From NCBI RefSeq assembly GCF_009914755.1, contig NC_060928.1: a DNA stretch of 64,000 bases; one strand, given 5' to 3'. Shown piece after piece: positions 44,750-58,903 of the stretch (the first letter of the stretch is position 1; every line of letters begins with the position of its first letter). The notes beneath the pieces are model-generated. The model had not been told where the DNA came from, did no database searches, and saw nothing but the letters and a program-made list of their open reading frames with translations. Both the position numbers and the translations under genes were made by a program. This DNA is from the human T2T-CHM13v2.0 reference genome, Homo sapiens.

Positions 44750-45010
44750 TAAAGTTTTCCTCAGTGCATTCTTTAGGCTATTAATAGCTCCTAACATGAT
44801 GATAAAATGGTTTAGTGGTCAAATGATCTGGGAATGATGGATTAAAGCATGTTAAATTATTTTATATAAGAACTTCTCAGAGTTTGATATATTTATGTAT
44901 ATTACAGCTTTGAACCCTTAAGTCAGCAATGTAGAACTATATTTAGCAAAATGATTTAATCGTAAAATTTTTGGATGATCATTTCTCATTGATTCTTGGG
45001 CAATAAAATT
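44750..45010. mobile_element. hAT-Charlie-type DNA transposon fragment (tentative)
   Basis: GTGGTCAAATGATCTGGGAA...GGATTAAA...AGAACTTCTCAGAG. Confidence 0.4.
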
Positions 45011-45089
45011 CCAAAAGAAACTTAATGAGTATAACATTATCTGCCAAACTGTATGTTTCTCATCTCTCTATTAGCCTTTCTGTTTGGGC

Positions 45090-46385
45090 TGGGTACATTT
45101 TACTTTCGTATGTGTTTAACTCCACAATTCATTTTTGTATTTGTCTTAGCCTGTTATAATTTAAACAATTTTAAGTAATAAGAAAAAATTATTTTTCCTT
45201 GTGCTCTTTATTTTTTTTTGTAGAATTAAATTTCTATGCAGTTTCATTTCCCTTCTGCCTGTTAGTGTCTTTTAAAATTACTTGAAGTAAAGGTTTTTTA
45301 GTGATCAATTTTTTCAGCTTTTGTCTGTCTGAAAAAGTCTTCACTTTAATATATTAGTTTTCATTCATATTTTAGTGAGTGTTGTATTTTGGCTAGGTTC
45401 TATTGCTATGGCATCAAGCTCACTAACGTTTACTTCTGAAGTATTTAACTTTCTGCTGATCATATTCAGTAGATTTTTCATTTTAGACATAGTGTTTACA
45501 CATTTAGACATCTCTAGATTTTTGATCTGGCTAATTATTTAATATAGCATACTTCTCTCTAGCATGCTAAATTTCTCCTTCAGAATATTGAACATATAGA
45601 ATATAGTTATGATAATTGCTTTAATATCCTTTTCTAATAATTCTACCATTTATGTTATTTATATATCAGTTTTAATTGATTGATTTTTTTTTCTTCATCA
45701 CAGACTATATTTTCCTGCATCTTTGCATGCCTGGTGAATTCTATTAGAGTCCAGACATTGTAAATTTTACCTTATTACAAACTGGACATTTTAGTTTTTA
45801 TTCCTATAAATATTCTTGAACTTTGCTCTGGAATGCAGTTAAGCTACTTGGAATTTTTTTTTTTTTTTGATGCTTTCAGTTTTTACTGTTAAAATCTGAT
45901 ACACAGGACCTCAGCTGTGTTTTGTCCAGGCATAATTTTTTTCCCCACTACTCAGGCAAAATATTTTCGGTGTTTTAACAAGTGCCTCATTAATTAAGAA
46001 CTGTTCCGGGCCCTATATAAATTTCTAAGATTGTTACTTTGCTTGTATTGTGTGATATTTTCTGGCCACTGGTGGATTCCTCACAGGTACCCCCTGCTGA
46101 AAACTTGAGGGGAACCCCTGTGGATCTCCCTTGTTCTCTCTCTGTGCAGCTCTCACTTCTCCCATCTGTTGTCCTATCTTCAGAGCCCTAGCTCCCTCTC
46201 TTCCACTGAATGAAAATTCCTCTTTCTGCCTGAGTTTCCCTTTCCTGTTCTGGGATCCAAAATCCTCTCCAGGAATTAAAAAAGGGCGATTGTTGAGCCC
46301 ACTTAATTTACATCATGTCTACATGATCACTGATCACTGATCGCTATCCTTTGTGGCCTGATGTCCAAGATATTTAAAGCACATG
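45090..46385 (-). mobile_element. L1ME/L1MD 5' region (5'UTR to inter-ORF, internally deleted)
   Basis: CAGCTTTTGTCTGTCTGAAAAAGTC; GCATGCCTGGTGAATT; GATCACTG...CCTGATGTCCAA. Confidence 0.7.
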
Positions 46386-46518
46386 TGTTGAAAGCAAAAC
46401 AGTTGAGTTTCCTTACTGCAACCATGTGCTATTGAATTGATTGTTTTCTTCCACCAGTTTCCTGAGGTAAGAACCACCCTAAGGTGCTAAGATTTATGGG
46501 GAAATAGTATCAACCACC

Positions 46519-46742
46519 AGTTTTGCTTTTGTCTAAATTGGGCATTGACACTTTTTTTCTGTAAGAGACCAGATAATACATATTTTAGACTTTGTATGAG
46601 TGCCACATATGGTCTACATTATCTCTTCTTCCATTTTTGTTTCAAATTCTTTAAAATTGTAAAAATGATAATTAGCTTATGGTCTGTATGAAAACAGGAG
46701 GCAGGCCATATTTTTCCTGTGAGCTATAGGTTGGTGATGCTA
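46519..46742. mobile_element. MER58-type hAT-Charlie element
   Basis: TTTTTCTGTAAGAGACCAGATAATACATATTTTAGACTTTG...AAAACAGGAGGCAGGCCATATTT. Confidence 0.75.
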
Positions 46743-46944
46743 AAAAAGTGAGAGGTTTGGAAACTTTAAGAGCATAATGGGTAGAAGTAAAAGGTGCTTT
46801 GGGTGTGGAGGGCAGGCTTAAAGTGGGGGCTCAAACTGGAATTACTTTAGCATGTATAGATGCTGATGTGGGCGAAAAAGTTGAGAGTGTCTAGAGTAGT
46901 TAGTGGTAGAGGAAAGAGAAGGACATCATATATTTAATGTATAT

Positions 46945-47276
46945 ATGTCAGCCTTTCATTATCACGAGTTCCACATCTGCAGATTCAAGCAACCACAGAT
47001 GGAAAATATTTGAAAAAAGTAAAATAAAACAACAAAAATAACAATACAATAATAAAAAATAATACAAAATGAAAAATTTAGTATAACAACTATTCACATA
47101 GCATTTACATTGTAGGAGGCATTACACATAGAGATGATTTAAAGCGTACAGAAAGATATGTGTAAGTAATATGCAATTACATCATTTCACATAAGGGACT
47201 TGAGCATCCATGGAATTTGGTGTCAGTGAGGGGTACTGGAACCAATCATCCACAGATACTGAGGGATGATGATGTA
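46945..47276. mobile_element. MER2 (Tigger-derived) DNA element
   Basis: GGATTCAA-like start region, CATAGCATTTACATTGTA, AGGGACTTGAGCATCC, GGAACCAATC...GATACTGAGGGA; TA flanks. Confidence 0.85.
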
Positions 47277-47919
47277 TACATAGACACTATATTTATATAT
47301 CTGTACATCTATATGTATAGATCTTATTTATAGAATATATATTTGTTATGAAAATTAAGAAAGCAGTTTCAGAATTTATTTATTAATATTATTTTTCTAT
47401 TTTCTGTTTCATTAGTTTTACTGTTATACTCATTATTTCCTTATTGCCATTTTCTCAGGTAGACTTATATAAATCAAATAATTTATTTTTTTTCTTTCAT
47501 AATTGATGTAATAAAATAACTTATGTGCAAGTCAAAGACTTCTGTTTCTATGAAGTAATAAGGCTTTTCTATTTTGAGAATGGAATTATAAAAATGAAAA
47601 AGGATAATTTAATATATTTCTATTTTAGGATAAGACATCAAGATCATATCATAACATTCTCATATTTATATTACTGTATGAATATTGTAGTCATAATTGT
47701 AGTATTTTTTCAAAAAATGTAGTTTTTAGAAAATGTAAATATGATGACTGTATAAAACTACAATATATTTTCTTCTCTGGAACTGAATTATTTAACATTG
47801 AATAAAAAGCTTTAGCCATCAAATAAACTATATATATAAAAACAAATATAAATAAACCATCTATTTTTATGATAGTAATAAAATATGAGAAAAGTTTATT
47901 AAATCATTCAAGAAAGCAC

Positions 47920-48680
47920 CTACAGATTTATTCAGAATAGTCAAATAATGGAAATAACACAAATGTTCATTAATTGATGAAAGAATAAACAAAATATGAT
48001 ATATCCATGTAAGAAAATATTTTTCAGCCAATAAAAGAAAATAAATACTTCTATACACTAAAAATGGTGCACATTTTGAAAATATGGTGCTTAGTAAAAG
48101 GCCAGCCTGAGCATGGTGGCTCACACCTGTAATCCCAGCACTGTGAGAGGCCAAGGCAGGAGGATCATTTGAGCCAGGAAGTTCAAGACCAGCCTGGGCA
48201 AAATAGCAAGACCTCATCTCCACAAATTAAAAAAAGGAAAAATAGCTGGGGATGGTGGCACACACCTATAGTCCCAGACACTTGGGAAACTGAGGTGAGA
48301 GACATCGCTTGAGCCCTGAAGGTTGAGGCTGCAGTGAGCTATGATCTCACCACTGCTCTCCAGCCTGAATGCAGACTGAGCCCCCATCTTAAAAAAAGAG
48401 AGGCCAGACACAAAGTGTAATTTCATTTTATATGGAGAGTACAGAATAGGCAACTTCATAGAGACAAAGAGTTGATTAGCAGTTGCCAGGAGATGGGGGT
48501 AGAGGTAAAAGAGAAGTAACTGCTAATAGCTATAGATTTTGTTTAAGGTTGATGAAAATTTTCTGCAAAAAGTTGTTGGTGATATCTATACAATATTGTG
48601 AATAATAAAAAAAGCCCCACTAATTTGTACACTTTAAAATGGTGAGTTTTATGATATGCAAATTATGTTTTTTTAATTAA
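47920..48680 (+). mobile_element. L1MB-type 3' end split by an AluJ
   Basis: CAGAATAGGCAACTTCATAGAGACA, GTACACTTTAAAATGGTGAG; contiguous across the Alu. Confidence 0.8.
48106..48400 (+). mobile_element. AluJ
   Basis: GGAGGATCATTTGAG, GGTTGAGGCTGCAGTGAGCTATGAT; AGGCCAG duplicated on both flanks. Confidence 0.92.
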
Positions 48681-48837
48681 ATGGGTGAAAAAAGAAAGGA
48701 CCTATTTTTAAACATGCATTTGCTTATTTGAATTTTTTAAGTCTCTTAAAGGGTATAACATTGCATAATTTTTCAGGCCTCATTTCCTGAAGTAAAATGT
48801 TACTAAACAAAATAAAAATTGTAAAACAGAATGATAT

Positions 48838-48920
48838 TCTATCTATCTATCTATGTATCTATCTGTCTATCTATTTATCATCTATCTAATCTATCTATCA
48901 TCAACAATGTATCATCTACT
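48838..48920. repeat. Imperfect (TCTA)n repeat
   Basis: Read directly. Confidence 0.85.
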
Positions 48921-50939
48921 TAAAATGAATAAAGTATAAAAGAAACCACAATCATTCATTTAGTAGCTTTAAGAATCTACGATCTAGCTATTTTCACATT
49001 TATATTCCACTTAATAACTTTACTTGTATAAGTGATTTGGCTTTCTGTTTTGTTCATCTTTACTCTATCCCACATTTTAGAATTGTGCAGTCTGTAGAGA
49101 CATGATGTCCTATTATATTTTCAGTTGAGAAAGATTTGTACGAATGAAAGTTCATGAGATTTGTCTTCAGGGATCCATTCCTATGAATTATATAAAATAT
49201 AGACTGCTAGTAAAGTGACATTTAGAATACACACACATCTATTTCAAATAATAAACCAAGTTTAACTTATTTAATGTATTCCAATCACATGGAAGTCATA
49301 AAAGTAAGTGTGCTCTGAGAAATGAGTGCCATTACAATAAAATATTCAGCAATAAAACCATACACAGCAAAAGTATAAAAGCATATAAAGTATTATGCTC
49401 TTGATGCTTAATTTACCAATACTTCAGGTCAGCAAAATTTTTGACTATTTATTCCTTTGTTAAGTTTTCTTCTTAGCAAATACTACTTAGAATGCATTTG
49501 ATCAAAATGATATTCTGTTTTCTACATGGTCATAGGCTGAGTCAAGAGAGACAAAGGACATATTGAAAAATGACTAAATGATGTGCAACATGGTTTAACA
49601 AGAATGAATGGACATGTTTTTAGAGCAAAACTACTGTAGCACCTATACCCATGCTCTCTTTCTCAGATAAGTAGTCTTGTGAAATACTTTTTATACATTC
49701 CTTTTTTCTCATATCATTTGGAAATATAAAAGGGGAAAACAGAGTTAAAACAGACAGCCTGATCCATTCACTCCCTGCATCAGAGGGGTGCCCCTGGCAA
49801 GAAGAAAGAATCAGTTAGTTTAATCTCCTTGTCAGTACAGTAAATTGACTTGTGACTAAATAGACTATTGCTAGAAAGAGGTTACTTATCACTTGAATAT
49901 TCTTAACAAGGTAACCCTGTTAAAAGTTGCTTATAGAAAATAAACCCAGACTCTAAGGATGTATGGGCATGGTTTTGGAAAATGTTATGTAAGTTGGGCT
50001 ATAAATAGACAGATTTTACAAGACAAATGCTCCCTAATATCTCGGGCAATAACATATATACTTAGAGATCTCTTTTAATCTGGGCAAAAATTCATGTGTG
50101 AAGCAGCAAAGAGAAACATGCAGAGCCACCATTAGTGTCGAGACCTCTCCTTGTATTGTCTGTTCCACCTAATTTCCTATACCCTTGAAATTATTAATAA
50201 ATTTTGACACCACTTGAGAGCTCTGAATTCTGTATGTCTGAATTAACAATCTAATCTATAGTGTAAACTCAATATGAAATATGTATAATTACCATTGAAT
50301 GCAAATCCTCCCCTCTAATTAGTGAATTCCATTTTGACAAGCTCAAAGTCACACTTGTTCAAATATTATCATCCTTTAGAAAATAAAAGAAATGATAAAG
50401 TCTCAGTAACAATTTAAACTAATGAATACAACAAATGTACATAAAATATATGGAAAATGTAAGTTTTAAAATAGCATCATTTATTCTAGAAATATGTTAC
50501 ATAGCTAGTAAGTTAGCCAAAAATAGTTACAAGCTTTGAAGTATAATGTAGAGGCTCTCCAATGTAGTCTCCCTAAAGTGAAGTCCAATGTGTCCAAAGA
50601 CAGATTGCTTTAGTATAATTTGTAGTTCTTCAAAAATTTTAGTTACAGAACATGTGAATTCAAAGGCTGTCAGAGATAATTAGATACAGAAAAACCTGGG
50701 AGGAGGATTAGAGAACAGAAAAATCAAAGTATGTCAGATAATTATTTGATATTATTACTGTTGTATTTGTTTAATATATACTTGGTGAAAGATAAAGGGA
50801 GAGAAGGTAAAGGGCATTTAGGGATTAGTACTATGCTATGGAGGCATCTGTAATAAATAATGCACTGAGTTATTTGCTAGGTAGACTGAGAGGGACAGAG
50901 AGTAGCAAATGGGAACCCAAAATCTAACTATAAGCAGAC

Positions 50940-51150
50940 GTAATAATAGGTAATTCTTATTTAACAAGTAACATTATCAAGTGTTTTCCATATATTAACT
51001 CATTTTGTGTTCATACAAATTAATGAGGTAGGCTATCATTTGCCTTTCTGAAACACAAAATTACTATATTAAAATAAAGTTAAGTTGCTTAAATTCACAC
51101 AGCCAAGAAATGGCGTATGTACTGTTCAAACTCTGGTAGTGTCTGCATAA
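50940..51150 (-). mobile_element. MIR
   Basis: TATATTAACTCATTT...ATGAGGTAGG...AAAGTTAAGTTGCTTAAATTCACACAGC. Confidence 0.7.
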
Positions 51151-52089
51151 CACACACTACTAATGTTACATGGTGCTTGAATAATATTTGCTAAGGCCAA
51201 TAGTGTGGGTAGGATTTGAAAAATATTCAACATTTGGGTGGAGTACCTAATATAGTGACATAACCAAGAAAAATACATTAAATGGTTAGAAAGATATTTA
51301 TCAATCCAGAGAAAATACAGATAAGTATAAATTAATTATATGTTGCAGATGACTTCATTTATTGTGTTACATTATGTTTTTTTAAGTATACAGCATTTAT
51401 TTCAACAAATATACAGCTTTTGAGCATCTATTATCTACTTTATGTGTGATGAACTTGGCACACAATAAAGTATATAAATGTTTAATATTATGATTATTAT
51501 TTACTCAAATTAAGTTTACTAAAAGTAGGAAGTTATCAGTTATTAAAATAAAAGAAATCAAAATTAGAAAATAATTTCTTACATTGCAGATTGTAATTAG
51601 ATCCAAGATGTTAGGTTGATGTGTTTATAAAAGTTGAATAAACTATTTGGCATTGTAAACCAGTGTATTTCACTAAAATATAAAATAATATAGCTACTTC
51701 GGTGGTAGCTGTGGAAGGCATGCTTTATAATAGCATGAGAAACGGGGTGACCCCTGAGTCCCTGGGAGTATGTAATTGACTTGCTTGTATATTATTTCTT
51801 CAGGCTAGCAGGGAACTTAATATATATAGTTGGCTTATAGTTATATCCTTTTATTTTCATGTTGATCTTAAATATTCTATCAGTTTTGAAAATGGAATAT
51901 TGTATCTCTAAATACTATTAAACTGTCTATTTCTCACACAAATTTTGACCTTTTTGCTTCCTGTATTTGGGGGCTCTCTTATGTGCTTATATGTCAAATA
52001 TATTATATAGTAGTTATATCTTCCTTATATATTGAATATTTTATCAGTATAAAATTACCTTCTCTGCCTCAATAAACTATTTTCTGTAA

Positions 52090-52393
<304 letters not shown>

Positions 52394-52476
52394 TGTAAAT
52401 GATTTGTATAATAATTCTATTTCATCTTGTATTATCAAAGTCACTTAAATTATTTCTTGGTTATTGCTTGCATGGT

Positions 52477-52973
52477 ATGGTAGGTGAAATAATGCCCTGA
52501 TACAAGATATCAGGTCCAAATCCCTGGAACTTGTAAATGTTACCTTATAAGAAAAGAAAAAAAAAAAAAACCAAACTATTTGCAGATGTGATTAAGAAAC
52601 TTGAGAGGGAGAGTTTATCATAGATTATCTGGACAAGCTGTAAATGCTTTCATAAGCATCCTCATTTTAAAAAGGCAGAGGGAAATTTCTCACACACACA
52701 GAAGAGAAGGCAATGTTAAGATGAAGCAGAAAGTCTTTTGAAGACTTATTTTGATGACTGCAGTGACGTAGCCGTAAGTCAAGGAATACCAGTAGTTACC
52801 AGAAACTTGAACATATTTACATTCAGAGTCTCTGGAGTAAGTGCAGCCAGCCCTGCAGACACCTTGATTTTAACCAATAATAGTGATTTTTACACTTCTG
52901 GCTTCCATTTGGTTGTTTTTAGCCACTAAGTTGTTGGCAGTTTTTTTTTACAGCAGGTAAAGGAAACTAACAC
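52477..52973 (+). mobile_element. MLT1C/D-like MaLR solo LTR
   Basis: ATCCCTGGAACTTGTAAATGTTACCTTA, TTTGCAGATGTGATTAAG, ...GGAAACTAACACA. Confidence 0.85.
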
Positions 52974-53264
52974 ATATTGTATATCTTTTTCATTATTTTA
53001 TATTCTATCTTTGAATAGAAAGTGTTTTTGTCATACACAACATATATGTGAACCATGTTTTTTATCCTCACTATGCTAGAGTGATCTTACTAATCACTAC
53101 TTTTTAATTAAAATTTTTAACACATTTATATTTTATATAATTACCAATATGGTAGGCCTTGCCGTGTTATCATTATGTCTTATGTCATTTTTGTTCTTGT
53201 ATTCTTCACTTAATGACTTTGCCTTAAGTAAATATTTTGTAGTATTTATTATAAATACTACAAA

Positions 53265-53410
53265 TTTATATATATTATATATATATATAAATATAAAATT
53301 TATCTGTATGAAAATTATATATATAATTTATATATATATAATATATATATAAATATTAAATATAAAATATATTAAAAATTATATATACAAAAATATAAAA
53401 AATTAATATT
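53265..53410. repeat. AT-rich low-complexity / degenerate (TA)n
   Basis: Almost pure A/T. Confidence 0.85.
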
Positions 53411-53545
53411 CTTTTAATTTATTTTTTGCTATTATATATTTTCAGGGTTATTTTATTACTGGTTACCTTGCAGATTACAATTCAAATTTAAACTCAAATA
53501 AATCTATTACTTTCTAATACTAACCTAATTTCAATAATGTACAGA

Positions 53546-56500
53546 GGAGTGATGTCAGCAGGAAGGCAAAATATAAAACTCTGGAGTATCCTTCCCACTA
53601 TGGACACACAGATTCCACATCAATACACAGATGCTGAATTTTTTTGTGAAAAATCCAGAAACAATTTAAGAGGTTCCTGTATGATGGGTAAGCTTGAGAA
53701 CTGCACCATTGATAAGCTGCATTTAAGTCAGATGGAATATTTGAGTCATCCTCTTGCCATACTTTTCCCCTAGCTCAATACCTCATAATTGAGAGAAGAC
53801 ACCCAGCTCCTGGGTTTTCCAAAAATAGATAAGAGAAAGTCAGGACTCTACATTTATCATTGACTATACATTTATCATTCTGATTTCTCTGGAGGATGTC
53901 AATAAACTACTTTCTGTTTTATCTGACTCTGAACACTGACAGCAAAAGGCTCAAGGTTGGGAGTCATTGAGAATAAGATGGCAGTTTGATCTCCCATGCC
54001 TGCAGTTGCCATAGGCACTCTCTCACACCTCAGCACACAGAAAGTGGACATAATTACCCAGGTATCAACTTATCCCTAGGGAGAAAAAGACTTGGACTGC
54101 CTGTCTAACATTCTAACTGTGTGGCTTGCTACACAAGAGACTGGCTTCTGTCTCACTTGTCAGAGCACTGACAGGACCTGGCATACCCAAGATGTCTGGG
54201 AGCTACTGAGAACCAAAAAATATCTCATGGCATGCTGCTCTACCAGTTGATCCATACTAGCAGACACCAGAGAGATCAAGACCTGAAAAAGAAACAATTA
54301 AATTCCTCTCACTTGGAATTAACACACACAATTCTAAAAATGATACATAGAGAAGTTTGGGAGGCCCCCATAACCTCTTCCTTAGCTGATATGGTGTCAT
54401 AAATATGCTCAATGAGCTCAGAAAAATAATGCATGCACAAAGTGAGAACTTCAAAAAAGATATTCAAAATGTGAAAAACAACCAACTGTAAATCTTGGAG
54501 CTGAAGAATTAAATAAATAATTGAAAAATTTACTAGATGAGTTTGACAGTGGATTTGCACAAGCAGAAGAAAGAATACACAAACCTCAAGACAGGTCATT
54601 TGCGATTATGCAGTCATGAAACAAAAATTTAAATAAAAAAAACACAATGAAAGTGTGAACTTAAGGGACTTTTATGATACCATCAAGTGGACCAATATAC
54701 ACATTATGAAAGTATTCTTTTTGTATACAGTCCATAAGGAGAAGATAAAGAGAAAGGACCAAGAAAGTTTATAGAAAGAAGTAATTGCTAAAAAGTTCTC
54801 ATGTCTGGGAAAGAAAAAGAACATCCAGATCTAGGAAACCCAATGGACTGAAATTAAAATAAACATAAAGAAATTCATACCAAGACACATTATTGTCAAA
54901 TTTCCTAACATCAAGACAAGAAATTTTGAAACTAATGACAGAGAAGTGACGTGTCACATACAACAGAAATTCTATAAGACTATTAGCAGATTTCTCAGAA
55001 GAAACCTTGCAGGATAGAAGGGAGTCAGATGATATATTCAGACTACTGACAGAAAAATTACCACCAACCATGAATACTACGAGCGGTAAAACTGTCCTTT
55101 AAAAATGAATGATTAATAAAGACTTTTTCAGGCAAACATCCTAAGGGAGTTAATCACCACTAGACATGCCTTAGAAAAATATGTGAAAAGAAAATCTTCA
55201 AGTTGAAATGCTAAAGAGGAACACAAATACATAGAAAAACAAAACACATTGGTTAAGGTAAATATACTGACAAATGCAGAATACTGTAATACTGTAAACA
55301 TAGTGCATAAATGACCTTTAATTCTAGTGTAGAAGTTAAACACAAAAGTATAAAATAACTAAAACTGTAAAATACATGAATAATTTTAAAAAGATATGAA
55401 ATTTAATATGAATAACATAAAGAGTGGGGAGATATGTAAAACATTAGACTTTTTTATGTGATCAAATTTAATTTGCTATCAGCTTAGAGTGTTATAAGAT
55501 ATTTTGTGTAAATTCATGATAACCATAAAGAAAATACCTATAAAGGACACACACACACAGAGAAAGAGAGAAATGAATCAGTATGGCACTACTAAAAAGA
55601 TTAAAAGAAGCAGAAAAAGAGGAACAAAGGAAAAAAAGACCTACAAAAAAGGCAGAAAATGACACTAGTAAGTCTAACCCTATCAATAATTACTTTAAAT
55701 CGAAATAAACTAAATTCCCCAATCAGAAGACACAGAATAGCTCAATTAATAAAAAATAAATAAAATAAAACTAAGAAAAAAAAGGCCTAAATGCTGTCTA
55801 CAAAAAACTCACTTTAGATTTAAGAACACATAATTAAGCTGAAGTGATAGAGAAAATATCCCGTTTAACTGATAACAAAAACAAAGCAAGGGTGGCTACA
55901 TGTATATCAGAAAAAAAGTAGACTTTAAATGAGAAATTTTCACAAAATAAGGAAGTGTATTATATAAATATTAAAGCATCAATTCAGCAGGAAAATATAA
56001 CAAACATAAATATATACGCACCCAAGATCCAACCACCTAAATATATAAAGTAAACATTGATAGTACTGAAGTGAAAAATTGAGAGAAATACAATAATACT
56101 AGGAGATTTCAACACCAAGTTTCAAGAACGGATAGAACACCCAGGGAGAAAATTAATAACAGATGACTTGAAAAAATCATAGATAAAGCAGTCCTAACAG
56201 ACATAGACAGGATATCTAAACAGCAACAGCAGAATACAAATTCTTCTGAAGCAAACAGAGAATAGTCTCTGGTGTAAATCACATGTTAGAACACACAAAA
56301 AAAGTCTTAACAAATTTAAGAATCTTACAATCATATAATAAAACTAGAAACCAATAGCAGAAAAAAACTAAAAATCTTCAAATATCTAAAAATTAAACAC
56401 TCTCTTGAATAATCAATAGGCCAAATAAAAAATCAAAATTAGAAAATATGTTGAAACAAATGAAAATTAGGAAACAATATATCAAAATGTATGAAATGCA

Positions 56501-58861
56501 GTAAAAGCAGTACTAAGAAGGAAGTTTATAATGATAAACATCTACATTCAAAAAGAAAAAAGATCTGAAATAAATGGTCTACCATTAGACCTGAAGAAAT
56601 TAGAAAACGATAAACTAAACACGAGTTTGTGGAAGAAAGAAAATAACTAAGATTAGGGCAGAAATAAATGTAAGAGAGAATATAAATATTAGAAAAAGTA
56701 ATTGAACCTGAATTAGTTTTTTTGGAAAGATCAACAAAATTAACAAACCCTTTGTTAGACTAAGGAAAAGGGAAAAATCAAATACATAAAATTATAAATG
56801 AGACAGAAGACACTACTTCTGATTTCACATAAATAAAAATGATTGTAAAATATCTTATGAACAATTATATCACAAAAATGGATAATCTAGAAGGAATGGA
56901 TAAATCTCTAGAAACATACAATAGAAATAGAAAATCTGAATAAATAGAATAAATAGAAAAACTGAAGAAATAGAAAATCTGTATAGACCTATAACTAGTA
57001 AGGATATTGAGTAAGTCATCAAAAACTTCACAACAAAGAAAAACCCAGGACCAAATGGCACTGGTGAATGTTGCAAACATTTAAAGGAGAACTAACATCA
57101 ATTTTCTCAAAATCTTTCAGAAATCTGAAGAGAAGGGAACACTTCCCAACTCATTGTATGAGGCCAGCATTACCCTGAAATCAAGGTCAAAGACACTAAA
57201 ACAAACAACAGGAAAGTATTTCCTATAAGTGTAGAAACATAAATCCTAAAATACTACCAAACTGAATTCAGTACATCATTAAAAGCATTATACACACTGA
57301 CGAAGTGATATTTACCCCTGGAATTCTATGATGTCTCTGCATATAAAAATCAATGAATGTGATACATCACATTAACAGACTAAAGGATAAAATCATATAA
57401 CCATCTTAAAAGATGCCAACAAAGCATTTGACAAAAATTCAATATTTCTTTCTGATAAAAATTCTCAAAAAACTAGGAATAGAAGGATATCACCTCAACA
57501 TAAAAGGCAGTATATTGAAAGCCACAGCTAACACTCAAAGGGGAAAAACTGAAAAAGTTTTCTTTAAGATCAGGAATAGGATATGTTTGTCTACTTTAGG
57601 TACTTCTATTGAACAAAGTACTAGAATGCTATCCAAAAATAAAATATAAAAGGCATCCAAATCAGAAAGGAAGAAGAAATATTATCTCTTCACAGACGAC
57701 ATGAACTTTTAGGTAGAAAACACTAAAGACTCAAAGAAAAACAAACAATTAGAGTTAACAAACAAGTTCACTAAAGTTGCAGAATACAAAATCAACACCC
57801 AAAAATCAGTTATATTTTTTTCAGATAATTTATTGTTAATGTAACTAACAATAAATGTAGCAATAAATCAGCTGTTACACTAACAATAAATCAGTTGTTA
57901 CACTGACAATAAATTATCTGAAAAGAAAATTAAGAAATAAATCTCATTTACAGTAGCATCGAAAAGAATAAATACTTGCATAGTGAAAAACACTGGTGAA
58001 AAGAATTAAAGAAGACATTAGGGGAAAGAGGAAATAGGGAGAAGGTAGTCAAAGTAATTAAGCTTTAAAAAAAAAGAAATTAAGACAAAAATAAATGGAA
58101 AGACACCCTATGTTCATCCTGTGGAACACTTACTATTACTAAAAATGTCTATGCTATTCAAAGCAAACTGCAGATTCAATGCAATCTCTATCAAAATTCC
58201 AGTAATAGAAATAGAGAAAACAAACCTAAAATGTATGTAGAGTCAAAAATATTGTGAAAAGCCTAAACAATATTGAGAAAGACAATAGCTGGAGGCATGA
58301 CATGTCCTGATTTCAAAATATATGACAAAGCTACAGTAATTAAAACAGCATGGTACTGGAATAAAAACAGTCATATAGGCCAATGAAATAGAATAGAGAA
58401 CCCTGAAATAAATCCATACATTTTTGGCCAGCTGATCTGCAAAGATGCCAAGAATACGAAATGGGGAAATTATAATTTCTTCAACAAAAAGTGCTGGGAA
58501 ACTTGGATATCTACATGCAAAGGAATGAAATTAGAGCCTTTTATATGCCATGCACAAAAATTAACTCAAAATGGATTAAATACTTAAAAATTAAGACATG
58601 AAATTGTAAAACTCCTGGAAGAAAACTGAGGAAAAGCTTTCTGACATTGGTCTGGAAAGTCATTTCTTGACAACAAAATCATAGGCAACAAATGCAAAAT
58701 TAGACAAGTGGTACTTCATCAAACTAAACAGCTTCTACCCAGAAAGGAAACTATGAACAAAGTGGAAGGCAATCTATGAAATGGAAGAAATCATTTACAA
58801 GCCATATGTCTGGTAAGAGGTTAATGTCTAAAAAATGTAAGACTCTCTTACAACTCAACAG

Positions 58862-58903
<42 letters not shown>

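Noticed and set aside
57846-57914. CRISPR-like repeat array
   Set aside because: There are only about two adjacent units with no spacers, inside a primate L1.
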